Shown here piece by piece: positions 1-12,300 of a stretch of DNA of 64,000 bases. The notes beneath the pieces were generated by a model. That model ran no database searches. It was not told the DNA's origin and was given only the letters and a program-made list of their open reading frames with translations. The first letter of the stretch is position 1, and the number at the start of each line of letters is the position of its first letter. Source of the DNA: Eledone cirrhosa (Eukaryota); assembly GCA_964016885.1 (NCBI GenBank), contig CAXHJY010000159.1:62001-126000 (forward strand), given 5' to 3'. The position numbers and the translations under genes were made by a program.

Positions 1-129
1 CCACCTCGCGGGGCTCCTTCATCGGAAGCCTAAGCTTTTCCTTCTGAGTTATTTTGAATCCAGCCAAATTCAAAACGATATTCAAGAGTAGTTTCCCGTT
101 GATTTCTACTGAGAAATGTTCATGTTCAT
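1..129 (-). CDS. Candidate additional C-terminal exon of the Kv3 channel (runs off the window)
   Basis: Acceptor gtgttttatag| at 131-130, then a phase-1 open frame (H)EHEHFSVEINGKLLLNIVLNLAGFKITQKEKLRLPMKEPPRG. It matches a weak phase-1 donor ACG C|GTTCGT at 503 just before the exon-2 stop. Confidence 0.35.
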
Positions 130-495
130 CTATAAAACACTTGTTAATTATACTGTACTCTGTTGCTTACATCGATGAACTCTACAATCGTGATTTTTTA
201 CATTTGAGTTTGCTGTATGAGTACTATATACTTCTCGGCAAAACACAAAGGCATATGACCGTCAATGGCCCGTAGAATGACTGGTACTTTATCCAATCAA
301 AGTTTAGTTACAATTTTGTATACAAATCTGTATTAACTACATAAACCTTAATGTTGTCAAGTGTCGTGTTCTAGGTTTCTTGGCTTGGAACAAAGCTCAG
401 AGTCGATGATCAGCTTTAGGTAGGTTGTCAGAAAAAAATTAGTCTCAACAAGGTACCTGACTTATGTTTTAAGATTTTAGTGTATATTGAAAATG

Positions 496-1428
496 CTACG
501 AACGCGTTTTGGAAGAACTGCCTGTGCTTTCAATTGCGCTGTCTTGACTAGTTTTGCCATCTAAAGTTGTGATGCTAGTGGAGAATGACCTCTGTTTTTC
601 CGATAACTGATCTTCTTCACTAAAAACCATCTCTTTCAAGGCGTCAGCTGCGCCTACAAGAATTTTCTTTGTTTTTTTGGGGAGTTTCAACTTTGCCTGA
701 GCATGTGAATAGTAAAGAGTAAAATTATTGACAATAACTGGTACTGGAAGCGCCAACATAAGAACACCACAAAGAGAACATATTGCCCCAACAATATAAC
801 CGAGGAGAGTATCTGGGACATAGTCACCATACCCAAGTGTTGTTATAGTAACAAGGGCCCACCAAAATCCGATGGGAATGTTTAGAAATTTATTATGGAG
901 TGTTTCATCAATTTGCTGAGCGTAATAAATAAGGCATGCAAATATTGTTATTCCCATAAATACAACAATTATCAATAGAAGTAGTTCCTTTGCACTCGCT
1001 TTCACTGTGTGGGCTAATATTCGTATTCCACTGACATGTCGCGTCAAACGCAGAATTCGAAAAATACGTATGAGGCGCAACATATTGACGTAATATGAAA
1101 CTTCTGTTTTTACTCCAACAAATCTGTCCACAATATCACGTAAGTAAAATGGTATCAAGGAGAAAATGTCAATCCAATTAAGAACTTTTTTAAAAAAGAG
1201 ATATCGATTGGGGCAAAATATTAGTCGAACAACTATTTCAAATGTAAAGTAAGCTATGCATGTTATTTCGAGGATTTTAAATATTAACATAGGATTTGTT
1301 TTCATGATTTTCTCCCGAACATTAAGTGTAGAGTTGTGTAATACTGGAATGCGAAAATCTTCAAGTGATTCCAATGTGAAAGATATAATTGACATCAAAA
1401 CGAAGAAGACGGAAATTCCCTCCATAAT
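496..1428 (-). CDS. Shaw: Kv3/Shaw-type potassium channel, second coding exon (S1-S6, pore, C-terminus)
   Basis: Acceptor tctcttttgtag|ATT ATG in phase 0 joins PAK|IMEGISVFF. S4 RLIRIFRILRLTRH, pore WWALVTITTLGYGD, S6 LALPVPVIVNNF followed by the Kv3-like YYSHAQAKLKLPKK. Joined protein is ~498 aa if it stops at the TAG at 498-496. Confidence 0.95.
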   Translation of the reverse strand: MMEGISVFFVLMSIISFTLESLEDFRIPVLHNSTLNVREKIMKTNPMLIFKILEITCIAYFTFEIVVRLIFCPNRYLFFKKVLNWIDIFSLIPFYLRDIVDRFVGVKTEVSYYVNMLRLIRIFRILRLTRHVSGIRILAHTVKASAKELLLLIIVVFMGITIFACLIYYAQQIDETLHNKFLNIPIGFWWALVTITTLGYGDYVPDTLLGYIVGAICSLCGVLMLALPVPVIVNNFTLYYSHAQAKLKLPKKTKKILVGAADALKEMVFSEEDQLSEKQRSFSTSITTLDGKTSQDSAIESTGSSSKTRS

Positions 1429-1511
1429 CTACAAAAGAGAAGAAAATTATCATTTTAATTATATAAAAATTTGCACAAATAGTTTTGAAAAAATTATACA
1501 TTTTAAAGTAC

Positions 1512-1989
1512 ACAGTGTACGCCCTGCATTCGCGGTCGTAGTATTCGTGGTTCTGGTTATTCGTGGAATTTTCCTTAGAGCCTAACTAATAATTGTTCGT
1601 GGAAACCACCGCATATTCGTGGAATCGTAAATATCTTCCGTGATATTTTTATGGCTTTTTTCGTGGCAATATATATTTTTTTACGCTTTTAAACGCTAAA
1701 TGTCGAGAGGGGAGAGAGAGGGAGAGGGGGGGAGAGGAAGTGAGGGGGGGGGAGAGAGGGAGAGAGGGAGAGAGAGAGACGCAAAGAAAGGGTGGTGGTG
1801 AGGGTAAATGTAGAAAAGTATATTTAAAATTACATTCATAGAACAATATACCGTATTTGCCGGCTTATATTTTACGTAATGTTTTGACGTTTATAGGCAT
1901 TTTTATGGACCACGTCCAATATTTGCAGTTTTTCACTCTGCTCGGGTTTTCTAGGAACGTAACCCCTGTGAATAGCGAGGGACGACTGT
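1512..1989. mobile_element. Tigger/pogo-like non-autonomous DNA transposon (MITE), degenerate
   Basis: Right end GAATAGCGAGGGACGACTG|TA (reverse complement CAGTCGTCCCTCGCTATTC) resembles left end CAGTGTACGCCCTGCATTCGCGG. Subterminal TATTCGTGG repeats. Confidence 0.5.
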
Positions 1990-3860
1990 ATATTATAAAG
2001 AACTTTAGTTTTTCTCATTTCAACTTTCACTTCTCATCTTACCAATTCATGAAAGGCCAAAGTTCACTGAGTTCCATTACATAGTAAAGATACAGTAAAC
2101 GGTTTATGGATCTCCTAGATATATTTTGCAATCATTTTTTATCTTGGATTATTTATGGATACTTGCTGAAAATACAACTTCATTCGCACAAATGTGTACA
2201 TAACTGTTAGTATAACGACTAGTATATTCTCTTGTATATAAGGACACACATACGTTGTTCTTTTTCTCCTTGTTTAGTACCACTGATTAAAGATATTCCA
2301 TCCGTAGCCATCCCATATGCTAAGAGATGTCTCAGACATTATTTGTGTAATTTCTTTATTATATCGATAGATTATAACTTAATGGATATTTGGCTGTCGT
2401 TTCTAGCATCTATAAGTAACAGATAATAAAATGCTGTGACAACTATAGAAGATGTTGGAGAGAAAATTATTGAGGAACGACCAAAGTGCGAATTACCACA
2501 CTTGTTATCTGATCAGACAATTCAACTCAAATATAAACGTGACGTGGCTAAGAAAATTTAATTGCATCTAAAATCCCAGAAATTGAAAGAGAACACTAAA
2601 TTCACGGCTGATGGATAATCTTTAAGTCAACAAATGAAGGAGTTTAAGCTAGCTGACGAAAGTGGAAAGTACACAATCATCTAGAAAATTATAAATAACA
2701 CTAGTGAGCATGCGCCGTCAAACTCTACAACGATTTGCATATAGATTCAAAATTATTCATATGTATGACGTATACAGAAGAATGGGGAAGACGTCCATGG
2801 AGTTTAAAACATCGACAATAGATGAATTAAAGTGAAAGAGAGGGCAAGTTTCTTTGATGAATGGATATCTGCCATTAAATTCTTTCTAAAAATATACATC
2901 GTTAGACAATTAGAGACAAATATTGTTTTAACTTGTTGTCGGTATATTACTTTTATTTACAGTAAATATATAAAACTTAATACAAAAGAAATATGACTCT
3001 ATTTTAATGTAAACACTTATTTGAACAACACATTTAGTTAATGTAATTTTAAATATACTTTTCTACATTTACCACCACCACCACCCTTTCTTTGCGTCTC
3101 TCTCTCTCCCCTCTCTCCCTCTCTCCCTCTCTCTCCCCTCACTCCCTCTCTCTCCCCTCTCTCTCCCCTCTCGACATGTATCTTTTGTTTCACCGCTCCC
3201 TTTTTATTTCCCCTTTCTCTCATACTTTCTCTGTCGCATTCTGTTAGAAGTTATAACGTCAAACGCTCTTTCTCTCTCTCATCACAATGGCAGAGTGTCT
3301 CTGAAAAGTGAGACAAATTGGGGGAGGGGGTGAGAAATATATAGCGAGGGAGAGAGAAAGAGATTTAAAAAGTTACGCACAGAAAATAAATACATATAAA
3401 TACACGATGTATTTTACTATATTGGATTTCCCGGCAAGGACAAGAGAGCGCGTTCAAACGTTAAGAAAAGAAACAGCACTCTTCCTAAAAATAAAAATTA
3501 GCTACTCGAGAAATGGAAACAGTACAACTAAGCAATAGGAGTGGTACCAAATAATGTAGAAAGACTTTTCCAGTATTAAGTCTTCACTGTTATTGAAAAG
3601 CAAAGGGATAGCAAGGGATGGAAAAGAAAAAGAAAGTAAAAATATGATCAACGGTTGTGAGAACTGAATATATAATTATCAAGCAGTCATCTAAATTCCT
3701 CTCAAATTAGAAAAATAAGAAATGTATCTGGTAATTTGATATGTAAGGCTTATAATGTATTTAATAATGATATTTCTAGCTTTTCTTTATCTTTCAGTTA
3801 GTCAGTAAGACAAACCCCAAGAAACAATTGATAGTTGGCTAACATTATTTCATGTTAAAA

Positions 3861-4775
3861 GGTGGTGGATTGGCAGTATTGGTAGAGGGTCGGACGCCAT
3901 GCTTTCCAGCATGGTTACGTCCCTTTATGATCTGAGTTCAAATCCCGCCGAGGTTGACTTTGCCTTTCATCCTTACGGAGTCGATAAAATAAAGTACCAG
4001 TAATGCACTGGGTTATTGCTGGCCTTGTGCCGAAAGTAGAAACAATTATTTCATGTTAACTTTGCCTTTCATCCTTACGGGGTCGATAAAATAAAGTACC
4101 AGTAATGCACTGGGTAATTTGCTGGCCTTGTGCCTAACGTAGAAACAATTATTTCATCCTTACGGGGTCGATAAAATAAAGTACCAGTAATGCACTGGGT
4201 AATTGCTGGCCTTGTGCCTAAAGTAGAAACAATTATTATAGGGCGGTGGATTGGCAGTATCGGTAGAGGGTCGGACGCCATGCTTTGACGCATAGAGTTA
4301 CGGCCCTTGCCATTCTGAGTTCAAATCCTGCCGAGGTTAATTTGCCTTTCATCCTTACGGGGTCGATAAAATAAAGTACCAGTAATACACTGGGATAATT
4401 GCTGGCCTTGTGCCAAAAAGTAGAAACAATTATTTCTATTTAGCAGTATCGGTAGAGGGTCGGACGTCATGCTTTGACGTATAGAGTTACGGCCCTTGCC
4501 ATTCTGAGTTCAAATCCCGCCGTGGTTAACTTTGCCTTTCATCCTTACGGGGTCGATAAAATAAAGTACCAGTAATACACTGGGTAATTACTGGCCTTGT
4601 GCCAAAAGTAGAAACAATTATTTCTATACTTAAATAGTTACGTCCCTTTACGATCTGAGTTCAAATCCCACCGAGGTTAACTTTGCTTTCATCCTTACGG
4701 GGGTCGATAAAATAAAGTACCAGTAATGTACTGGATAATTGCTAGCCACGTGCCAAAAGTAGAAACAATTATTTC
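3861..4775 (+). mobile_element. Tandem cluster of about six full or partial tRNA-derived SINE copies
   Basis: Repeated unit with A-box-like TGGCAGTATCGG, B-box GAGTTCAAATCC, central GCCTTTCATCCTTACGGGGTCGATAAAATAAAGTACC and tail GGCCTTGTGCCAAAAGTAGAAACAATTATT. Confidence 0.85.
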
Positions 4776-6009
4776 TATACTTAAATGTCTCAATAATTGC
4801 AAAAAGTGACCATTAACACTTTGGTCAAACGTCTGGAAAAGTGATAAAGAAGATAAAGTTAATTCATTAATTTGTTGATTCCTGTAACTTTCTTTCTATC
4901 AACTTATGACTGTATGAAATATATTTTACCAGAGTGAGATCTCACACATCTGGCATTCAATATACTTGGAGAATGAGCTGTTATTTTTCTGTGACACAAT
5001 AGTTGGAAAAGCGAATGGCCATAATCTAATAAAGAACAGCTCACATTAAATTGGAAGTTGAATTTATTGCATATATAGACAAACCTTTATTCACATCACA
5101 CATTCAATATTGCCATACTGCATCGAGAGATTGTCATACAACTTCAATAGAATATTTCAGAGGAAGATACGATAATTCATGAACAGTAACATGAACATAT
5201 AATATATAATATGCATAAACATTATTTTATTGTCTCACAAATTCCCATTCCCTTAAGAAACTGTTAAAGGTGATAAAACAATTTTTGTTCTGACGTAATT
5301 ACAGAGGATACGAATTATCGGAGAAGAGAAACGTTTTGGCAGTATCAAAAAATATAACGATACAACCAGGAATCGAAACAGTGTTCTATTGCATCTAACA
5401 GGTAACAATGATATAATTAGTAATGTGTGCTCTTTAGAAGATAAAAACATGACGTTATCATATTTAAGTTGAGAGGACAAGATAATTATGAAACCACACG
5501 AATGTTAGCAGAAAATATTACTCCAGTCGTTTTACAAAAGGAAATGTGTACATAAAAAATAATATCCATTTGAAATAATTCGTGCACAGCTAATGGCAAT
5601 AGTTTTTGTTTAAGACTAAAGGTAAAAATCAGATATTCTGAATGAGATATAATACTATAATTATCATTAATATATTCATAAGACGTTTCTTGGAAGACTG
5701 ATCATTTCTACAATGAAATGCTACTCCTACACTAGAAGTTAGTCGTCGTCCAATTAGATCATAATCATCGATCGCAAACATAATTATCGATTACCATAGC
5801 TTGAGGAGGATGTAGATACACGTAAATGGAATCAATCTTTTACTTCCAAATAGATTGATTCTTTAATCGGGTATACGTTTGTTACTTCATCAACCCTGAA
5901 GGATTGAAAGACCATTTAAACTAGTAGAGCACGATCCTAAATTTTAAATCTGATGCTTTGTCGTTCTTGCCATTTCTTCGCAATTTCGTTTCTGATATTA
6001 AAGATGCTC

Positions 6010-6240
6010 GATGGTGACGGATTGGTAGAATTGGTAAAGCGCCGGATAAAATGCCATTGCGGTATTTATTCTGACGCTTTACAACCTGGGTTCAAATCCC
6101 GCCGAGGTCAAATTTGCCTTTCCTCCTTCAGGGGTTGATTGCATAATCAACCCCTGAAGGAGGAAAGGCAAATTTGACCTCGGCGGGATTTGAACCTCGC
6201 CACCAAATTTGATGGCTTTGTGCCTAAATTAGAAATCAAT
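6010..6240 (+). mobile_element. tRNA-SINE copy with an internal perfect fold-back
   Basis: Same SINE family. 52-bp perfect arms 6089-6140 and 6145-6196 around a GCAT loop. Confidence 0.8.
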
Positions 6241-7352
6241 TTTAACGGTGATCCGTTAACAACACTGTCTGCTGATAATTCTCTCTTTTTCATATTGATA
6301 TCCATGCTTTATGGGGCAGTGAATTGACAGAGTCAGTAGAGCGTCAGATAGAATTCTTTGTGGTATTCATTCTGGCTCTCCGCTCTCTGAATTCAAATCC
6401 CACCGAGGTCAACTTTGCCTCTGTACTTCTTTCTCATTTCATCTCTCTCTCTCTCCTTTTCTATCTTTCTCTGGAAGATATCTGCCGTACTCAGGCCTGG
6501 CGAGGGATGGGCTCCGCCAGTCTTTAAAATGTCAAAAAAACGCCGTATGTCAATATGGCGTCCCTACGACTCTATCAGGAATTACGGGACCATACATACA
6601 TACACCCATGCATTATGGGGTAGTTAATTGAACAAGTCGTTAAATAGTTTCCTTTGTGGCATTAGTCCTCTGCCTTTTATTCTTTCGAGTAGTTCAATAC
6701 TGTTGTCGATTCTTCCTCTATAACGTTTTCTTTTATTCCTGACCATTCTCACTCGCCTTCTCTGGAAGAAATTGTATGTGTTTAGATTTGGATAGTGATG
6801 GCCTTGGCCAAGTTTTAAATATGCACAAGGAACGCTGTATGTCACAACGGCGTTCCTACAATTCCACCAACAATTACACATACATACATACGTAGTTACG
6901 AAATTACGAGTACAATCCATTAATGAAACATTATAAATATGTAAAACATTCCAACAATTCTGTATCTAATAACTGCACGTACACATGTACAGATACAAAG
7001 CATATGCGCATGCACACATATAACTCAAAACATACTCATCCACACATACAATAACATCCATACCTGCATACACACACGCATATGTCGATATGTTTGCATG
7101 CAAATATGCAAACATATCTACTTATGGGATATTGTGTAAATTCCGATGAGAGAGTCTTGTATCTATGTTAGAGACTGGCTTTCTCTCTATTAGTAAAAAT
7201 GTATAAAATTATATAACCAGAAGTATATACATACGCACACACACATGCATACACACATACATGCATGCATACATACATACATACATACATACATACATAC
7301 ATACATACATACATACATACATACATACATACATACATACATACATACATAC

Positions 7353-7960
7353 ATGGTGGCTGCCAATTCGTTTTCGAGTACGGCCACTACTTTATATCCA
7401 TGTAGGAGAACCCCTACCGATGCGCTGAACGAGTGTGACTTTTTAGTCCAGCCAGCGACTTGAAAACTCTGGTACAAACACTACACTTGTGACAATTATT
7501 GACACATAGTACTGGGCCCATGGTACCATGTGACGGCAAGTGCAGAGAGATCTCCAGATATAAAGCAATGCCTGTGCTGTGAAGCTTTTATAGTGAGCAA
7601 AGGCACTGCACAAAGCCAGTCCCACTCTCCTAACCAAGATGATATTTACCAAAAAGAAGAACAAGTCAACATCATTGGATACCATCAGGGTTGCAGGTGT
7701 TATATCAAAGTTTTCCTTCTCCTAGAATTCTGCCTTGACAAAGGCTAAGGGGTCATCTCTCCCAGTGATTTTGGATGGCCATTGACTCTTAAGAGCTCCT
7801 TTGCTCTTTGACAGGTTTTGTTTTTAGTCCTGCAGGATGTCCAAAGTCACCCTCCTCACCAAGAAACCTTGGTGGGGTTGCCAGTTTAGTCGCCAACGAC
7901 CCGACCATGAGACAGGTTGTACTGGGATACATGTTACCAGTAGCACCAACTGGTGACCTG
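7353..7960 (-). mobile_element. Non-autonomous RTE-derived retroelement embedded in (CATA)n
   Basis: Flanked on both sides by (CATA)n (about 7269-7352 and 7961-8040). Nearly identical to the inverted copy at 32957-33546. Its 3' end is shared with the RTE LINE at ~32830-32917. Confidence 0.8.
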
Positions 7961-8132
7961 ACATACATACATACATACATACATACATACATACATACAT
8001 ACATACATACATACATACATACATACATACATACATACATGTGTGCTTTACTGGGACACTCTTTAACCTTTTCTATAATACAACCAATATTCATTCAGCA
8101 TTCATGGTCCTGAGTTCTTGCTATGTAAAATA

Positions 8133-8330
8133 TCGGTGGATTGGCAGTGTCGGTAGAGCATCAGACACCATGCTTTGCATAGAATCATGGCCCTTTGCAT
8201 AGAATCATGGCGTTCTGGGTTCAAATCCGATGAGATTAACTTTGCCTTTGATCCATACGTGGTCGATAAAATAAAGTACCAGTAATGCACTGGAGTAATT
8301 GCTGACCTTGTGCCAAAAGTAGAAATAATT
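8133..8330 (+). mobile_element. tRNA-SINE copy
   Basis: Same head, central domain and tail as the 3861 cluster. Confidence 0.75.
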
Positions 8331-8467
8331 ATATCTCTTAATACCATTTTGAGTATTATCGAAAACAATACTATTTACAGTGCGAAAATATAGTCGCAGG
8401 CAAGGCTGTGGCTCTGTGTTCAATTTCGCTGCGCGGCACCTTCTACTATCACCTCGGATAGACCCGA

Positions 8468-8573
<106 letters not shown>

Positions 8574-9044
8574 TTGTGTGTTTGTGTGTGTGTGTGTGTG
8601 TATGTCTGTCCGTCCGTCTGTGTTTGTGTTTATGTCCTGTAACTTAGAAATTTAATACAATTTAATACATTTATTTATAGATTAAGTACCAGACTTGAAA
8701 AATAAGGGCTGGTGTCGATATCATTGACTAAATCAAGTAAAATATAATATACCGAAGACGCTTCGTCCTCGAGGACACACGCTAATTTTGACAATCAAAA
8801 ATTTGAAAAAAAAATAATAATGAAAAAATGCAATCTTCGGCCTCGAGGACGCATGGTAGATTTTTTAGACTTACTTTAGGGAAAAAATAGCGTCTTCAAC
8901 GCCGGGAAATACGTATAAACGCTAAATATGTTCTGTTTACTTTCGTGTCCTTGATTTTTAAAACCACACCGAGCTCGATAAGACAGATGAGTATGATTAA
9001 TATACAGTATATACATAAGTATTATTATATATTATAATATAAGG

Positions 9045-9197
9045 GCTTTGCAGGATAGAGTTACAGCCCTTTACGGTCTGAGTTCAAATCCCACTGAGTT
9101 TAACTTTGCCTTTCATCCTTATGGGGTCGATAAAATAAAGTATCAGTAATGCACTGGGATAATTGCTGGCCTTGTGCCAAAAGTAGAAATAATTATT
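9045..9197 (+). mobile_element. tRNA-SINE copy, 5' truncated
   Basis: GAGTTCAAATCCC...GCCTTTCATCCTTATGGGGTCGATAAAATAAAG...GGCCTTGTGCCAAAAGTAG. Confidence 0.75.
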
Positions 9198-9321
9198 AAT
9201 ATACAGTATTCAAGTTATTCAGCTATAGACTTTCACTAGAACTATTTACTTTGTATCTAGACCACTCTTTAGATTTTCTGGTCTTTCCTATCAAATTGAA
9301 GATCTTGATTAATATATAATA

Positions 9322-12300
9322 TTAACAGAGGCACCCGGTATTGCCCTGCAATGAAATTGTTCCTTATATATTAAAAGAAAAAAAGCAAAATATGTTGTAT
9401 AGAAATTTGTTATTCTAAATTCAATGTATTCTTCTATTGGGGTACATGATGAAATCAATTCCGAATTCATAATACAAAAAAATTAAAATAATTTTTAAAA
9501 AATAAATAAAAAATGTACCACTTTTATGAAGGGATATAAATTTTATCATATATGTTGAAGGAAATTACGTAAGAGCTTCTGTGTAAACAACATTCTTTGT
9601 TTTCTGGTTTGGAGCAAATAAGTCTTGTAAACTCCCACCCTGGAGTAACCAACATAAAGTTGACCATGAGAAAAGCAAGGTTCAATTAAGTGCAAGCCAG
9701 TAGATTTCAAAGTCTGACCTTGAGCTTTATCAATAGACATTGCGAAGCAAAGTCGCACTGGGAATTGTGTTCGTTTGAACCCAAATGGCATGTCTGTTGG
9801 TTTGATTGGAAGGCACATCCAGTGAAGATGGTAGTTTCTATCACATTAGGTGATAATGTCTTCACAATCAACCTTGTTCCATTGCATAATTCAGGAGGAT
9901 CTAAATTTCTTAGAAGCATTATTGGGACTCCTACCGTCAGAAAAAGTTTATGTGGAGGAGTTCCAGGTGGCTCAAGAGAATTAAGTAACTCTGTTGGGTA
10001 GTGGACAGCTTGATTTTTCATCAAGGACTGAATCAACTGATTTGTACTCCTTAATAACTGTTGGAATCTTATTCATTAATTCACGGTTAATCCTTGTTAC
10101 TGTCACATTTTTTTTTTTTTTAAAGCAAGAATTGCCCTTTCACACAACCATTTATGTGAATTATAATTATTACTTAAGTCTGGAAATACCCTGTTCTTCG
10201 ATCCCGCCGGGGAATTCACTGCGGTAGCAATATGAGCCAAATTGATATCACCATTCCCATCAATTGGTACTTTCCCATTTCCTAATTGGAGGAGGTGGGT
10301 TGAAAACTGTTCTGCACATTGGTCCCCATTTAATAAAGCTTCATGTTAGTTTTGAAGGAGGATTTCTGTACTTTATTCCATAGGTGCGAATAATTAATGC
10401 ATGCTTTTATTTCATCAGCTTTTGTTCCTCTCAGAATGACTGGTAATGTCTGTCTGAAGTCTCCTGATAAAACTAATGTAACTCTTCCCATAGATTTATT
10501 GTTGCCTCTTATGTCCCGTAAGGTCTTATCAAGAGCTTCCATTGCACCTCTATGTGACATGGTGCATTCATCCCAAATGATCAGATTACATTGGCGCAAC
10601 ACTTCTGCCGAACCTGAACCTTTGCTTATGTTACAAATTGGTGTGTCATTTGTGACCAGATTTAGCGGTAATTTAAAAGTAGAATGAGCTGTTTGTTCTT
10701 CTGGGAAAAGGGTGGCAGCAATGCCATACGATGCTACAGCAACTGCAATGCTTTTTTGTTGCCTTGCCTTGGAGAGAAGCAATGTTGTTACAAATGTTTG
10801 ACCTGTGCCACCAGGAACATCAAGAAAGAAATTCCTCCACTTTTTTCTCTGACTGACGAAATAATTTTATTATATGCACAGAAGTTTAGGTTCATGTTCA
10901 TTCACAAATGCAGCCAACTCTGAAATGTCATAAATTGTCTCTCTTGCTATGTCTATTGAAGTTAAATCACTAATTTGACGGTTTGGTTTTGGCAGTTCAG
11001 AGCCAGACTCTTGCAAATGTTTGCCTCCCATGGCCAAACTGATCCTCATTTTCAATCAGTGTTTGGTTAAAATTTCTTTCAGAAAACTGAATATTGATAT
11101 CTGGGTTCGCCAGGTGAACTGCATACTTTAAGTCCTCAGCCATATCCCCACGATGTTTCATTCAAAGCTATAGGGGATTGCCAAGTTGACACATGTTCAG
11201 CATTATTGCAAAAAGGTTACGGAGTTTCCTTGGAGAATCTGACACTAATTCTTCAGTTAATGCAAGGTCCCAATCAACGTTGTTGATAGCATGCTATAAG
11301 TTTCACACACATGACCATTTACCCTCCTCAAATCTTGGAATGATTTGGGACCACGTACTTCATGCAAAAGAAGCCGTAAGTAGTAGCATTCTGCTTGGCT
11401 TGCGTTGACACTGTAAACTCTTGCAAGAGCGTCAGCCCAACGTTTCCTCTTGTGCCATTTATTATTTCTCCATGTGTAATACTTGGGTAATTCTAGGTAA
11501 AGGAGTTTTTCGCATCTTCATCTTCTTGACACAACTTTTAAAAAAAGCAGTAAGGGTAGTTTCTTTTGAAGAAAGTGCTTGTTGCAAGGCTGTTTGTTTT
11601 GTAACAAACAGATGGACACTCAGATGAATGATGGCTGGGTGCCTCTCATGAATGGGAAAATTGAAGATGCACCAAAAAACTTCATTGCTACTGATGTATC
11701 TTCCTATCTCATACTGTGCAACTTCGTCATTTTTATTTATCTGCTGACTGCCATTCTGCATAAGAGAGTATGCTGCAGCATCTAAACCTTTGTTGATATA
11801 TTTACAAACATACTTAATAGACTAAACAGAGTTGCAGAATTTTAACATTGATATGGGCTTTGAAAGTTTTTGTAAGAAGAGGACAATAGGGTACAACCCA
11901 CCGATTGTCAATGATAAATTCTTGCCCATTTTTCATTTTTGTTTTCGAAGTGATCTACCATGCCCGGGTTTTCTTCCCCTGTAAAGGGGGTAACCACTTT
12001 CTCCAGTTTGGGTTTCTTGTACAAAAGGACGTGGGTAGTTCTTGGTATACTTATTATCCCTCATGCATGAGGAGGATGGATTAATTGAACCACAGGGCCC
12101 ATGAATCATCTGGGACTTGACAATTTCATGCTACAAAGGATCTTTCTGTGGATCAGGCGGTTCAACTGAGATAAATAAATCAATATCATTTGGCCGACGT
12201 TTTTCATGTAACCAAATCAAAATGTGGACATGTAGCAATCCTCGTGGACGTGTATCCATTCAATTGTGTGCATGTCACATTTAACTGGTCCAAAGACTTC

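Noticed and set aside
3861-4775. tRNA genes or a CRISPR-like array
   Set aside because: A/B boxes are present but there is no cloverleaf. The units are SINE modules found dispersed across the window.
7168-8113. ORFs duplicated at 32872-33806 suggesting a small gene family
   Set aside because: They derive from two copies of a non-autonomous retroelement plus (TATG)n.
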